A stretch of 64,000 nucleotides of DNA from assembly GCA_964419145.1 (NCBI GenBank), contig CAYQOM010000002.1:726511-790510 (forward strand). The letters are read 5' to 3'. This document shows, piece after piece, positions 42,579-52,300 of the stretch. The position numbers were made by a program, and so were the translations under genes. Each line of letters begins with the position of its first letter. Within the stretch, counting starts at the first letter, position 1. Source of the stretch: an uncultured Roseivirgaceae bacterium (lineage in GTDB: Bacteria; Bacteroidota; Bacteroidia; Cytophagales; Cyclobacteriaceae). Below the pieces are notes generated by a model. The model did not search any database. It had not been told where the DNA came from and saw nothing but the letters and a program-made list of their open reading frames with translations.

Positions 42579-43754
42579 ATGAAAATCTCAAAAATCACAA
42601 CGTGGCTGAGCCTGGTAGTGATCAGCGCGTTACTCATCACAGCGTGTGAAAATGATTTGTTTAATGAATTCCCTGTAGGAGAACAGGGGGGAGGTGGTGG
42701 TAGAGGAGGAAGCGTAGCCGCAGCCGAGACAACTGTTGCTACTAACCTTTCATTTCCGGTTATCTGGTCAGAAGGTGTTACTAAAACATTGCGCATACCA
42801 CCGGCTGGCTATACAACTGAGATGTATAAAATTGGTGGCGATTGGTGGTATGTGTGGGGTGAGGATCCTATAGATCCACAAGCGCCATTATACAGCTGCC
42901 ATCCAGCCACAATGGGTGAGGAGTGCTTTGGTCCAGTTCCACCTGCTGACTTGTTTAAGGCCTACGTACAGAAGGATGCCAATAATTACTGGCAAGCTTA
43001 TGCGGCCAATGCAACGGATTTGATGAATATCGACTTGATTGACTGGGGCGATAATCTGGAATCAGTTCCTTGGACGTTGACCTCCAGGGTGAGAACTGAA
43101 GTGGTATTGTATGAAAATCTGCTGGAGCCTGTACGCGAATATGCCATGCGGCATGTTTATGGCTGGGGAACAGATGAACTGCACGGACTTCAGGCAACTA
43201 CAGAACAAAATCCTGTGCCCATATATGGCCCAGGTACACAAGCTACCGTATTTTCACCGCACGCCAGATTGACAATTCAAAAACTTGTTAGTGAAAATCC
43301 TGCTATTAGCTGGAATGCAGCTGCTCATGCATGGTCAGGAACTGATGTATTGCCTCCCGTTTTCAATAAAGCTGTATGGGAAGCTAGTGATGGCCCAGGT
43401 TATTATAATGCTGAAATCAATATTAAAGGCAAATTAATTTATGGCTATACCTGGGACGTTAAAAAAACAAATAATGGAGCCGGTACTTATCGCATTACGT
43501 TCAGCTTCGATGCCACGGGACCAGCAACTACATTGAATACCTTCTTTGATGGAAATTCTCAGGTTCTTCTTCCAGAAGAAATTGTGATTGAAGCCGAAGA
43601 AAGCCAAGGAGGAACAGCCTATATTGATATTGCCAATAACCTCACCTATATAGATGTTGTTATTTTACCTGGTAAAAGTGGTGGAGCTAAAGGTGGCGGT
43701 AACAGTGGTGGCGGTGGTAAAGGTGTTAAAGGTGATGGAAAACCTGTTAAGTAG
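42579..43754 (+). CDS. Orphan lipoprotein with Gly-rich N- and C-terminal tracts (hypothetical)
   Basis: The ATG at 42579 gives MKISKITTWLSLVVISALLITACEND (lipobox). It is followed by EQGGGGGRGGS, a ~330-aa Trp/Tyr-rich globular region, and the tail GKSGGAKGGGNSGGGGKGVKGDGKPVK. Confidence 0.5.
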   Translation: MKISKITTWLSLVVISALLITACENDLFNEFPVGEQGGGGGRGGSVAAAETTVATNLSFPVIWSEGVTKTLRIPPAGYTTEMYKIGGDWWYVWGEDPIDPQAPLYSCHPATMGEECFGPVPPADLFKAYVQKDANNYWQAYAANATDLMNIDLIDWGDNLESVPWTLTSRVRTEVVLYENLLEPVREYAMRHVYGWGTDELHGLQATTEQNPVPIYGPGTQATVFSPHARLTIQKLVSENPAISWNAAAHAWSGTDVLPPVFNKAVWEASDGPGYYNAEINIKGKLIYGYTWDVKKTNNGAGTYRITFSFDATGPATTLNTFFDGNSQVLLPEEIVIEAEESQGGTAYIDIANNLTYIDVVILPGKSGGAKGGGNSGGGGKGVKGDGKPVK

Positions 43755-43780
43755 CTAATACCACACCTCACTAATAAAAT

Positions 43781-43814
43781 AGCCCATATCATTTTGATAT
43801 GGGCTTGTTTTTTT
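43781..43814. terminator. Strong intrinsic terminator, usable in both directions
   Basis: agcccatatc-atttt-gatatgggct forms a perfect 10-bp stem followed by tgttttttt on the plus strand. On the minus strand it is followed by tattttatt. It sits between the convergent lipoprotein gene and the end of the transport supercluster. Confidence 0.8.
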
Positions 43815-43935
43815 AACGTTCTCTCAGCTTTCCTTCACCTTCGGTATCTCATACAAAATAGGCTATGAACTGCACCCCAAACTCTGGAAATGCCTGTTGG
43901 TACCAGATTTTCAAGCAATTTACACTCCGGTTCGA

Positions 43936-44646
43936 TCACCCACTCACAAACTTCTCCCTGAACTGCAGGTTGAACATGCCATACAACAGGCAAAGCACGG
44001 TGAGTATCATAAGATAAAGCCTGTTCTTGTAAATAACCGTCAGCCAGATAAAGTCACTCATGCCCCGTGGTTCTGAGAAGGGGTTGAGAAAAACGTTGTA
44101 GGCGCTGTATTCCAGCAGCTCAAAAAAAATGAAAAATATGAACGACACGATCACCATCACGATAGCAGTCCCGTTGCCATTCTTGATCAAGGTAGATAGC
44201 ATAAAAGCCAGTGAGGATAGAAATGTGATGGGGAAGAGCACCTGACCGATCATGGGCAGAATGCTAAAGCGGTACAGCGTCAGGTCTGCCAGAACGCCCA
44301 GGATTACTAAAATGACAGCCGCGATTCCAATCGTCAAGAAAAACCGCACGAGCCATACTTTGTATCGGTAATTCGGAATACCAAAAATGGTTTCCAGCAT
44401 TTTGGAGTCATCGTCATTTTGAATACCATAAGCCATGGGGTAGAAGATGAGCAGCAATCCCGGGAAAACCAGGAAGCCGTATATCAGAGCTTCATTAAAG
44501 TCTGAATCACCTTCGAGGATTGTAATCAGGATGATGAATCCAAAGAATAAAAATGCTGCCACCACAAAGTAAACAAACTTGTTACCAAAAATTACTTTGA
44601 CGTTATAGGTTATCAACTTATATAACAGCAGGAGATAGCTCTTCAT
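43936..44646 (-). CDS. ABC-2-type transporter permease (6 TM), last gene of the supercluster
   Basis: 236 aa with six hydrophobic helices. Its start overlaps the stop of the RND::ABC fusion gene by 4 nt (ATGA). The family is inferred from topology and coupling to the NBD, not from a diagnostic motif. Confidence 0.6.
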   Translation of the reverse strand: MKSYLLLLYKLITYNVKVIFGNKFVYFVVAAFLFFGFIILITILEGDSDFNEALIYGFLVFPGLLLIFYPMAYGIQNDDDSKMLETIFGIPNYRYKVWLVRFFLTIGIAAVILVILGVLADLTLYRFSILPMIGQVLFPITFLSSLAFMLSTLIKNGNGTAIVMVIVSFIFFIFFELLEYSAYNVFLNPFSEPRGMSDFIWLTVIYKNRLYLMILTVLCLLYGMFNLQFREKFVSG

Positions 44647-47600
44647 ATTTTTTTCGTTTTACTTTTCATCAACCATAAGTAAGCATCCTCAAGATTTGCA
44701 CGCACGGAAACAGCATCGGCTCGTGGTATTTCATCAGATAAGCACTTCACCCGTATGCGATCACCTTCGCGCATATGATGAACGATCAGGTAGTTTTCTT
44801 TCTCCACTTCAAATTGTTCTGGAGTCAAATGGAACTCCCAAACTTTCTCATGCGCCAATTCGGCCATGGTTGTTGGGCTGCCAATATATTCGATATTGCC
44901 CGAGATGAGCACCGCCAGTTTGTTACAGCTGCTGGCAATGTCTTCAATGATGTGTGTAGAGAAGACCACGATCCGTTCACGACTAAGCTCCACAAGCAAA
45001 TTTCTGAATCGGATTCGTTCCAATGGATCAAGACCTGCAGTTGGCTCGTCCACCACCAATATCTTCGGTAGGTGAAGCAAGATTTGAGCAATGCCGATTC
45101 GTTGCTTCATACCACCAGAAAAGGAGCCGATCTTCTTATGCTGATGCTCATCCATGTGGACGGCTCTCAATACGTATTGCACACGCGCTTCGCGTTCCTT
45201 ATGATTGGATATCTTCCGTAAGATGGCCTGGTAATCCAGGAACTCATACGGTGTCATGTTTTCGTAGGTACCAAAAGCTTGAGGAAGATATCCGATGAGG
45301 CCCTGGAGTTCTTCTCTTCGTAACGTAGTGTCATGACCGTTAATCCAAATCTTACCGTAACTCTGATCCAGAATACCGCAGAGAATGCGCATCAGTGTTG
45401 TCTTGCCTGCGCCATTAGGTCCTAATAATCCGAACATGCCTTGTTCAATCGTGAGACTCGCACCTTTTAGTGCCTTGAACTCCGATTTCTTTGGTTTTAT
45501 AAAAGGAATGGCGAGCAATAGTGTATAGTATAGCCTTCTGATCTTCTTAAACCGCCCGGTGATCGCATTAACATCAACCGGTTTTTCCTTAAACCTTTCA
45601 GACACGCGCACGAAGTAAAGTCCCAGGAACCAAAGTAAGATCAGGATAATCCCGAATGCCTTGATCTGCACATCGCTGTATAAATAAACAGAGCTTACTA
45701 TTGGAAATCCCCAGTACAATAAAGTATAACTGATCCGCATCAACCTTTTTCTATAGGGAATCAATTGTTTGATGGTGTGGAAGATGGAGAGCGCCAGCAC
45801 ATGGAACAAGATCATAAAGACCAGTTGCCAGAATGCCTTATCCAAATGGAAATAAATAAAATAGACCAGGAAGGCGATCAAAGCACTTTGCCAGATCAAA
45901 TCTTGCAGAACCTTGCGCCATGTCACGGGTTCCTCACCGCGTGTTTCAAAGAGATTTTTGTTTCCTTTCCATTCCCTGATCCAACGCTTATCGCGACCGT
46001 ACACTTTTGTCAGGTTTTGGATCTTGATGTGCATGGCCTCACCGGGCGCAACCATTTTTGCATTCGCCTGGCGTAGGGAAGTCATAATGAAGTGTGTAGA
46101 ACCCGGAATTAGAATAATAGCGCCAATGAATGCGATCATCTGCAGGAGCAAGCCCTCCATGCGGAGTGATATAAAAACTCCTGCCGCAATCATGAGCGCG
46201 ATCTGGATGACCTTAATACTCGCTTTAAGATTCCTGAACCAGTGCAGCACACTTTCCAGCCCGGCACTCATTGTTGGGATATAGAAAAGAGTCAGTATCG
46301 TTGCAAAGGCAAGTCCGCCCATCACGGTAACGGCAAACGGCTGTCCAACGCTCACCACATACTCAGCTTCACCAAGGGCCAACGGCAGCATGGCAGTAAT
46401 CGTTGTGAGAGAGGTTATCATGATTGGCCGAACACGTGAAATGCCACTCATCATGAGCGCGCGATATTTCGAGTATCCTTCTCTTCGCAGGATGCGCGAA
46501 TAGTCGATGAGTATTATGCCATTGTTTACCACAACACCCAACAAAATCAGGAAACCGATCAAGGTGTTTGCACTTAACAATGAATTGCCGGTAAGCGTAA
46601 GACCCAAAAACGCGCCAATGGCGGCCAGGGGAATGGAGAACATGATCACAACGGGTAAGTACAACGACTCAAACACCGCAGCGAGGATCATGAAGATGAT
46701 AATGATGGCGGAAAAGATCAGAAAGTAGAATTCATCAAACAGTCCCTCATCATGAATCGCTTCAACTACGATGCCGGAAGGGATGTTGACACCAGCTACG
46801 ATCTGATCAATCTCTATTCGGGAGGCCTCGAGCAGGGATTCTGAATTCAAAACTTCATCAATAAAGGTATACGTGATTTGTATTCGTTTTTCCTGGTTTG
46901 AGCGGGTAATTGTGCTTTCACCGGATGAGTACAAGGCGTTACCAATTTCAGAAAATGAATGTGTAGCACCTGTTGTACTGCTCACTGGCATCTCACGCAA
47001 GTCGCGCATTTCCTTCGCGGTATTAACAACCTGATTTTGCGTGCGAATGGTTATTTCATAATCTTCGCCACCGCTGATAAAGTTGGAACCTGACTCGAAG
47101 GAAGGTTGAAAATCGTTAAGGGCCACCGCCACATTTTGTAACGTGATCTGATTCTCGCTCATTCGTTTTTGATCAAAGGCCAGGTGTGCCTCAGGACGCT
47201 CCGGACTCAGATTCATGGAATGCTGTTTGATGGACTGCAGACCACCAACCATCTTATTGATGTCGGTTGAGATAGACTGCATCAATTCAAAATCCTGACC
47301 TTTGATCACGATGCGCTCCGTAGGCGTTCCTATTCCCAACATCCGTTCAAAATCATTTTGGGCTGAACTACCGACACCACCTCCATCGCCACCACCATTT
47401 TGTACAGGAGGTCTATCGAGCGAGATGGTAACGTCATCAAAATCTTTGGAGATGCCTGTCAGTTGTTCGCGCACTTCGCCTACTGAAATAGTATCCAGGT
47501 CATTGAATCCGTCAACCAGTTTCACCGTTAGCACCGCATCCGTTTCGGAAACCTGACTGATCAATTCTTTAACCACTGGTATTCCCATCACCTTTTCTTC

Positions 47601-49352
47601 GATCTTCCTGATCCGCGCATCGCTCGATTTCAATGTGCTGCCTTGCGGCATGGTGACAAACATGTTCATCTCGGTAGATTCTACTTCAGAAGAACCCGCT
47701 ATACTGACCAAAAGACTAAGGCCGATTGAAACAAAAAACAAAACCAACCCAGCCATCACCGTAAACATGGGTCTGCGGAAGCAAGACTTCAGCAAAACCA
47801 TGTACATCTGGATAAGTCGCTGACGGATCGAGGCGTTCCGGATCAAAGGCGCTTTCTGTTGATCTTCTTTGCTTATGGCCGAGTCGGTCAACATGGGGAT
47901 GAGCACCAGGGCGACAACAAGTGAAACCAATAATGTGGCGATGATGGACACACCGATATGGGTGCCGATAAGCGTAACAAGAAAATTGGACGAGTAAATA
48001 AAAGGCAGAAACACAATTACGGTTGTGAGCGTACCCGCAATTACGGACCGCATGACCTCTTGTGTTCCCCGCACAACGGCTTCTTCGCGGTTCACTTTGT
48101 TCACCACATGACGATAAATGTTTTCGATGACCACCACACTGTTGTCTACCAACATGCCTATGGCCAGGGCCATTCCGATCAGCGTAAGGCTATTGATGGA
48201 GATGTCATATGCATAGAAGAAATTGAATGCAGCATAAACGGAGATCGGTATCGAGAGCGCTATGCTCAGGATGAATTTGATCCTGCGGAGAAATATCCAA
48301 AGAACAAATATGGCCAGCAGCCCACCCGTAATGGCCAGGTCTTTAATCGCATCAATATTGCGCGACATCATCTCGGCAGTATTATTTTGCACTACGATCT
48401 GTACATCCATGGGCTCCAGATCTTTGTTGATGACGTCAATAGCGTCAAGCGTTCTTTCCGATAGGGCAATCAGGTTAGCTTGCGGGTCTTTCGATATCCG
48501 GATCGAAACAGCATCTTTTCCATTAACCCGGCTCAGTGTAGTTTGCTCTTTTACTCCGAAGAATACATCGGCCACATCACTCAGCAGTAGCGGACCTTGC
48601 TCGGATACCACCAGGTTTTGAATGTTCTTAATGTCTTGTAATTCGGCTGTTACATGAACAAAAACTTTTTGTCCTTCCATGTGCACCTGCCCGGCAAAAG
48701 CACTCTTGTTCGCGTTCCGCGAGAGCACATTGCTGATCGTATTGGGTGTGATGCCGTTTGCCTCGCATATCGCATCATGCATGATGATCTCAACCGTCTT
48801 CTGCCGGCCGCCAAAAACTTCTACGCCACCCACACCGTCCACATCGTTTAATCGGTCAACTATGTATTGGTCAGCCATATTCCTGACGCGGTCAACTCCA
48901 CCGCTGCCCAGCACCTGAACATCCATAAATCCGTTGGTGAATTCTTCTGTATCGATCTTGATAATGTTCACCAGGAACTCAGGCGTAAGGCTCGACTTGA
49001 TCGCGCCAACCTTTTGCTCCAGTTTGAGGTAAGCGTATTTGATGTTAACGCCTTGCTGAAACGAAATGAAAATCATTCCCTGTTGGCTGTTGGCATTCGC
49101 GGTGATTTCAGCGACACCTTCAAGCGTACTGATGGCACTCTCCAGCGGCACGATAGCCTGACGTTCCATATACTTGGGGTCGACTTCCGTGGCTGATTGC
49201 ACCTGAACGATCAACACTGGCAATTCAACATTAGGGAACAGCTCAACGGCAAGCTTGGTATAGGAGATATAGCCCATGAAGGTCATACCGATGAACAACA
49301 TCGATACAAGCACTTTCCTCCGGATGATTGTCTTTAGCAAACTGTTACCCAT
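44643..49352 (-). CDS. RND efflux permease (AcrB-like, 12 TM) fused through extra TM helices to a complete ABC transporter ATP-binding domain
   Basis: A 1569-aa uninterrupted ORF.
- aa 1-~1032 are RND: the N-terminus is …IRRKVLVSMLFIGMTFMGYISYTKLAVELFPNVELP…, the TM4 motif is AIGMLVDNSVVVIENI and the TM10 motif is GVVVNNGIILIDY.
- aa ~1033-1106 are two extra TM helices.
- aa 1107-1122 read MHIKIQNLTKVYGRDK, the NBD strand 1.
- aa 1123-1291 are four more TM helices.
- aa 1292-1569 are the NBD core, with Walker A GPNGAGKT (45399-45422), Q-loop GYLPQ, signature FSGGMKQR, Walker B ILVVDEPTAGLD and H-loop FSTHI. Confidence 0.85.
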   Translation of the reverse strand: MGNSLLKTIIRRKVLVSMLFIGMTFMGYISYTKLAVELFPNVELPVLIVQVQSATEVDPKYMERQAIVPLESAISTLEGVAEITANANSQQGMIFISFQQGVNIKYAYLKLEQKVGAIKSSLTPEFLVNIIKIDTEEFTNGFMDVQVLGSGGVDRVRNMADQYIVDRLNDVDGVGGVEVFGGRQKTVEIIMHDAICEANGITPNTISNVLSRNANKSAFAGQVHMEGQKVFVHVTAELQDIKNIQNLVVSEQGPLLLSDVADVFFGVKEQTTLSRVNGKDAVSIRISKDPQANLIALSERTLDAIDVINKDLEPMDVQIVVQNNTAEMMSRNIDAIKDLAITGGLLAIFVLWIFLRRIKFILSIALSIPISVYAAFNFFYAYDISINSLTLIGMALAIGMLVDNSVVVIENIYRHVVNKVNREEAVVRGTQEVMRSVIAGTLTTVIVFLPFIYSSNFLVTLIGTHIGVSIIATLLVSLVVALVLIPMLTDSAISKEDQQKAPLIRNASIRQRLIQMYMVLLKSCFRRPMFTVMAGLVLFFVSIGLSLLVSIAGSSEVESTEMNMFVTMPQGSTLKSSDARIRKIEEKVMGIPVVKELISQVSETDAVLTVKLVDGFNDLDTISVGEVREQLTGISKDFDDVTISLDRPPVQNGGGDGGGVGSSAQNDFERMLGIGTPTERIVIKGQDFELMQSISTDINKMVGGLQSIKQHSMNLSPERPEAHLAFDQKRMSENQITLQNVAVALNDFQPSFESGSNFISGGEDYEITIRTQNQVVNTAKEMRDLREMPVSSTTGATHSFSEIGNALYSSGESTITRSNQEKRIQITYTFIDEVLNSESLLEASRIEIDQIVAGVNIPSGIVVEAIHDEGLFDEFYFLIFSAIIIIFMILAAVFESLYLPVVIMFSIPLAAIGAFLGLTLTGNSLLSANTLIGFLILLGVVVNNGIILIDYSRILRREGYSKYRALMMSGISRVRPIMITSLTTITAMLPLALGEAEYVVSVGQPFAVTVMGGLAFATILTLFYIPTMSAGLESVLHWFRNLKASIKVIQIALMIAAGVFISLRMEGLLLQMIAFIGAIILIPGSTHFIMTSLRQANAKMVAPGEAMHIKIQNLTKVYGRDKRWIREWKGNKNLFETRGEEPVTWRKVLQDLIWQSALIAFLVYFIYFHLDKAFWQLVFMILFHVLALSIFHTIKQLIPYRKRLMRISYTLLYWGFPIVSSVYLYSDVQIKAFGIILILLWFLGLYFVRVSERFKEKPVDVNAITGRFKKIRRLYYTLLLAIPFIKPKKSEFKALKGASLTIEQGMFGLLGPNGAGKTTLMRILCGILDQSYGKIWINGHDTTLRREELQGLIGYLPQAFGTYENMTPYEFLDYQAILRKISNHKEREARVQYVLRAVHMDEHQHKKIGSFSGGMKQRIGIAQILLHLPKILVVDEPTAGLDPLERIRFRNLLVELSRERIVVFSTHIIEDIASSCNKLAVLISGNIEYIGSPTTMAELAHEKVWEFHLTPEQFEVEKENYLIVHHMREGDRIRVKCLSDEIPRADAVSVRANLEDAYLWLMKSKTKKI

Positions 49353-52300
49353 GTGATACCGCTAACTTTTGTTTTTTCTTGCCACGGATCCGGCTGACAA
49401 TATTTTCTATGCTCTCGTAGTAGCAGGGGATGATCACGAGGGTCAAAAGTGTAGACGTAACCATGCCACCGATTACAGCAATAGCGATGGGTGCACGCAG
49501 TGCTGCGCTCTCTCCGAATCCCAACGTCAAGGGCAGCAGACCCAGAATGGTTGTCATGGTTGTCATCATGATCGGTCTGAGTCTGCGTTCTGCCGCGTCA
49601 AGAATGGCCTCGCGCAACGGCATGCCATTTTCCTTGTTCTGATTGATGCAATCCACAATCATAATGGAGTTGTTCACTGCAATGCCGCCCAACAAAATGA
49701 TGCCTATGAATCCCATCATGTTCAGCGGCATCCCCAGCACAAAGAAGGCGAGTATGGCACCTACTACTGCAAAGGGTATGGCCAGCAAAATGGTGAATGG
49801 ATGCAACAGCGATTCGAATTGAGAGGCAAGCACCATGTAAACCAATATGATGGATAGGATGAGTGCGAATGTTAAGTTCTGAACAGACTCCTGGCGTCTT
49901 ACTTCCTGGCCAGCTACTTTGATCTTGTATTGCGGGGGCACCGATAGTTTCGATAGCGAACTTTCAATTGATTTGACAACGCGATCATAGGGCTCGTCTT
50001 GATTCACACGGGCTCCGATCGTCACCGTTCGGGTTTGATCTTTTCTGTAAATGGAGTTGCTGGCATATTGAACATTTACCTGGGCGATCTCTGTTAAAGG
50101 AAATTCACGTTGGCCACTTTTGATCTTTATGTTTTGCAATCCTGCCAAAGAAACGCCAGGCACTTTTATTTTGATATCTTGTATTTCCCCACCGCGCTCA
50201 ATGGTTCCGGCTTGTTTGCCTTCCAGTTGGTCTTTAATCTGGGTAATGATTTCATCGATCGATAAATTGAAGATTCCGGCCCTGTATTTATCGATGTCAA
50301 CTTGAATCTGCGGCACGCCTTCCTCCAGGTTCGACACGGGATCAAACACGAGTTTGTTGGAAGTCATCGCGAGCATCACCGAATCGGAGAGGGGCTTTAG
50401 CTTTTCGAAATCTGCACCACTTACTTCAATTACCAGCGGCATTTGCTCGTCACCCATCACAGCGTAGAGTGCACTTTCATCATTGGAGAATGTAGCTTCC
50501 AGGCCAGGGATGGATTCAAAGTATGCTGAGAGTTTGGCCGTGACCGGGGCAATATCCAGTTCAATGTCTTCTTTGAATATCAGCTTGAGGTTAGCCTTGT
50601 TCTCATTGTATACGTTTTCATTCTTGATTCCCGATTGGCTTTGCTGAGGCCCGATGTGCGAATATATTTTGTCGATCTGTCCTTCAAACAATTGTTGAAG
50701 TTGCCCTTCGATCTGGCCAACCGTAGAAGAAGTTCGGGAAAGGGGAGTGCCGTTCGTCAACGTAATGTCCACAGAAATGGCACGTGTATCCGACTGGGGC
50801 ATGTATTCACTACCGATAATGGGAAGCAACAAAGCCGTACCCGCGATCATGACCAAGGATACCGTGATCCACGCTGTCTTGTGACCCAGCATTTTTTCGA
50901 GCAGTGACCGATACCATGGAAACCGTATATGTTTTTCATCAGCGAAAACTTTCTTCTCCTTGGCAAACACCTTGTCCTTTCTGAAAAATTGACTGAACAG
51001 CATCGGTATAACCAGGATGGCCACAAAGAGTGATGCGAACTGCGAGAACGCAACCGTCCACGCCTGATCTTTGAAGAGCTCACCGGAAGGGCCTTGCAGA
51101 TATACGATTGGCAAGAAAACAACAATACAGGTAAGCGTAGAAGCGGTGATCGCACCACTGACTTCACTTGTGCCTTCAATGGCAGCATCCATCACGCTCA
51201 ATCCTTCCTCTCGCTTTCGGAATATGTTCTCCACCACAACGATAGCGATGTCCACAAGCATACCTGCACTCAACGCCAATCCACCGAGTGTCATAACGTT
51301 CAGCGTGAGTCCATTGAAGTACATCAAATTGAATGTGGCAATGATGGAGATTGGGATCACCACACTGATGATGAGTGTAGAGCCAATTCTTCGCAGGAAA
51401 AGAAACAAGACAAGCACGGCAAAAAACACACCGAACAAACCGGATTCTTTCACCTCATCAATGGCGCCCTGGATAAACCTTCCCTGGTTTTGGATGATCA
51501 CAAACTCGTAACCGGGAACGGAAGTTTTTAACTTCTCCAGTGATGCCATCAGTTCATTGACCGCGTTAACGGTATTGTAATTGGTCTCTTTATAAATGGA
51601 CATTCCAATGCTTCGCTGCTGATTCACCCGAACAATACTGGTTGGCTCCTTATCTAAAGTCTTGATGGTGGCCACCTCCCGAAGTAAAACCGGAACCTGA
51701 TCGGATAAAGCAGGGGTGTTGTTGGTTGTAGTCGTAGTGGTTGTTGAAGGGAGTGCAGGTGAAGTGGTTGTTGCATTTTGACGACTGGTGTAGCCCACTA
51801 CTAACTCTTGCAAGTCTTCGGGCTTTGAAACAATGCCCAGGCCTTTGATCACATACTTTCTGCCCAACTCTTCAATAAACCCACCGGACACGCTTCGGTT
51901 ATAGTTTTGAATTTTAGTAACAAGGTCATTTACGGTCAGACCGTGAGCGGCCAGCAGGGCAGGATCGGTCTCCACCACCACTTCTTTCTCTAGCTCGCCT
52001 GACAAACGCACCTCAGCAATTCCCGGCAACTTGACCAACTCGTTCCTGAAATTATTCTCAGCCACACGTCTTAATGCATCGGTGTCATTAGACGCTGGAT
52101 TATATATCCCCAATATCATGACCGGAGCTGCATTCGGATCGAATTGCGAAATCACAAACTCCTCGATCTCATCGTTCAATGAAAATGCCGACAGTGATTT
52201 TTGAAGATCAAGGAATGCCTCGTCCATGTCCTTGCTCCAATCGTACTGTACGGTAACGCGGCCATAACCCGTTTGGCTCACCGAGCTTACTTCAACAGCA

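Noticed and set aside
44643-49352. The possibility that the RND::ABC fusion is an assembly or frameshift artefact joining two genes
   Set aside because: This is not favoured. There is no stop in 4710 nt. The junction adds 2 and then 4 TM helices, which keeps the NBD cytoplasmic. The connecting loops follow the positive-inside rule. No separate start codon or intergenic spacer precedes the NBD core. It still needs read-level confirmation (see the findings).
47958-49857. Plus-strand ORFs of 160-170 aa (47958-48464 and 49369-49857) inside the two RND genes
   Set aside because: They are antisense to strongly supported RND coding frames. Their translations are His/Gly/Asn-rich and repetitive, consistent with the reverse-complement codon bias of membrane-protein genes.
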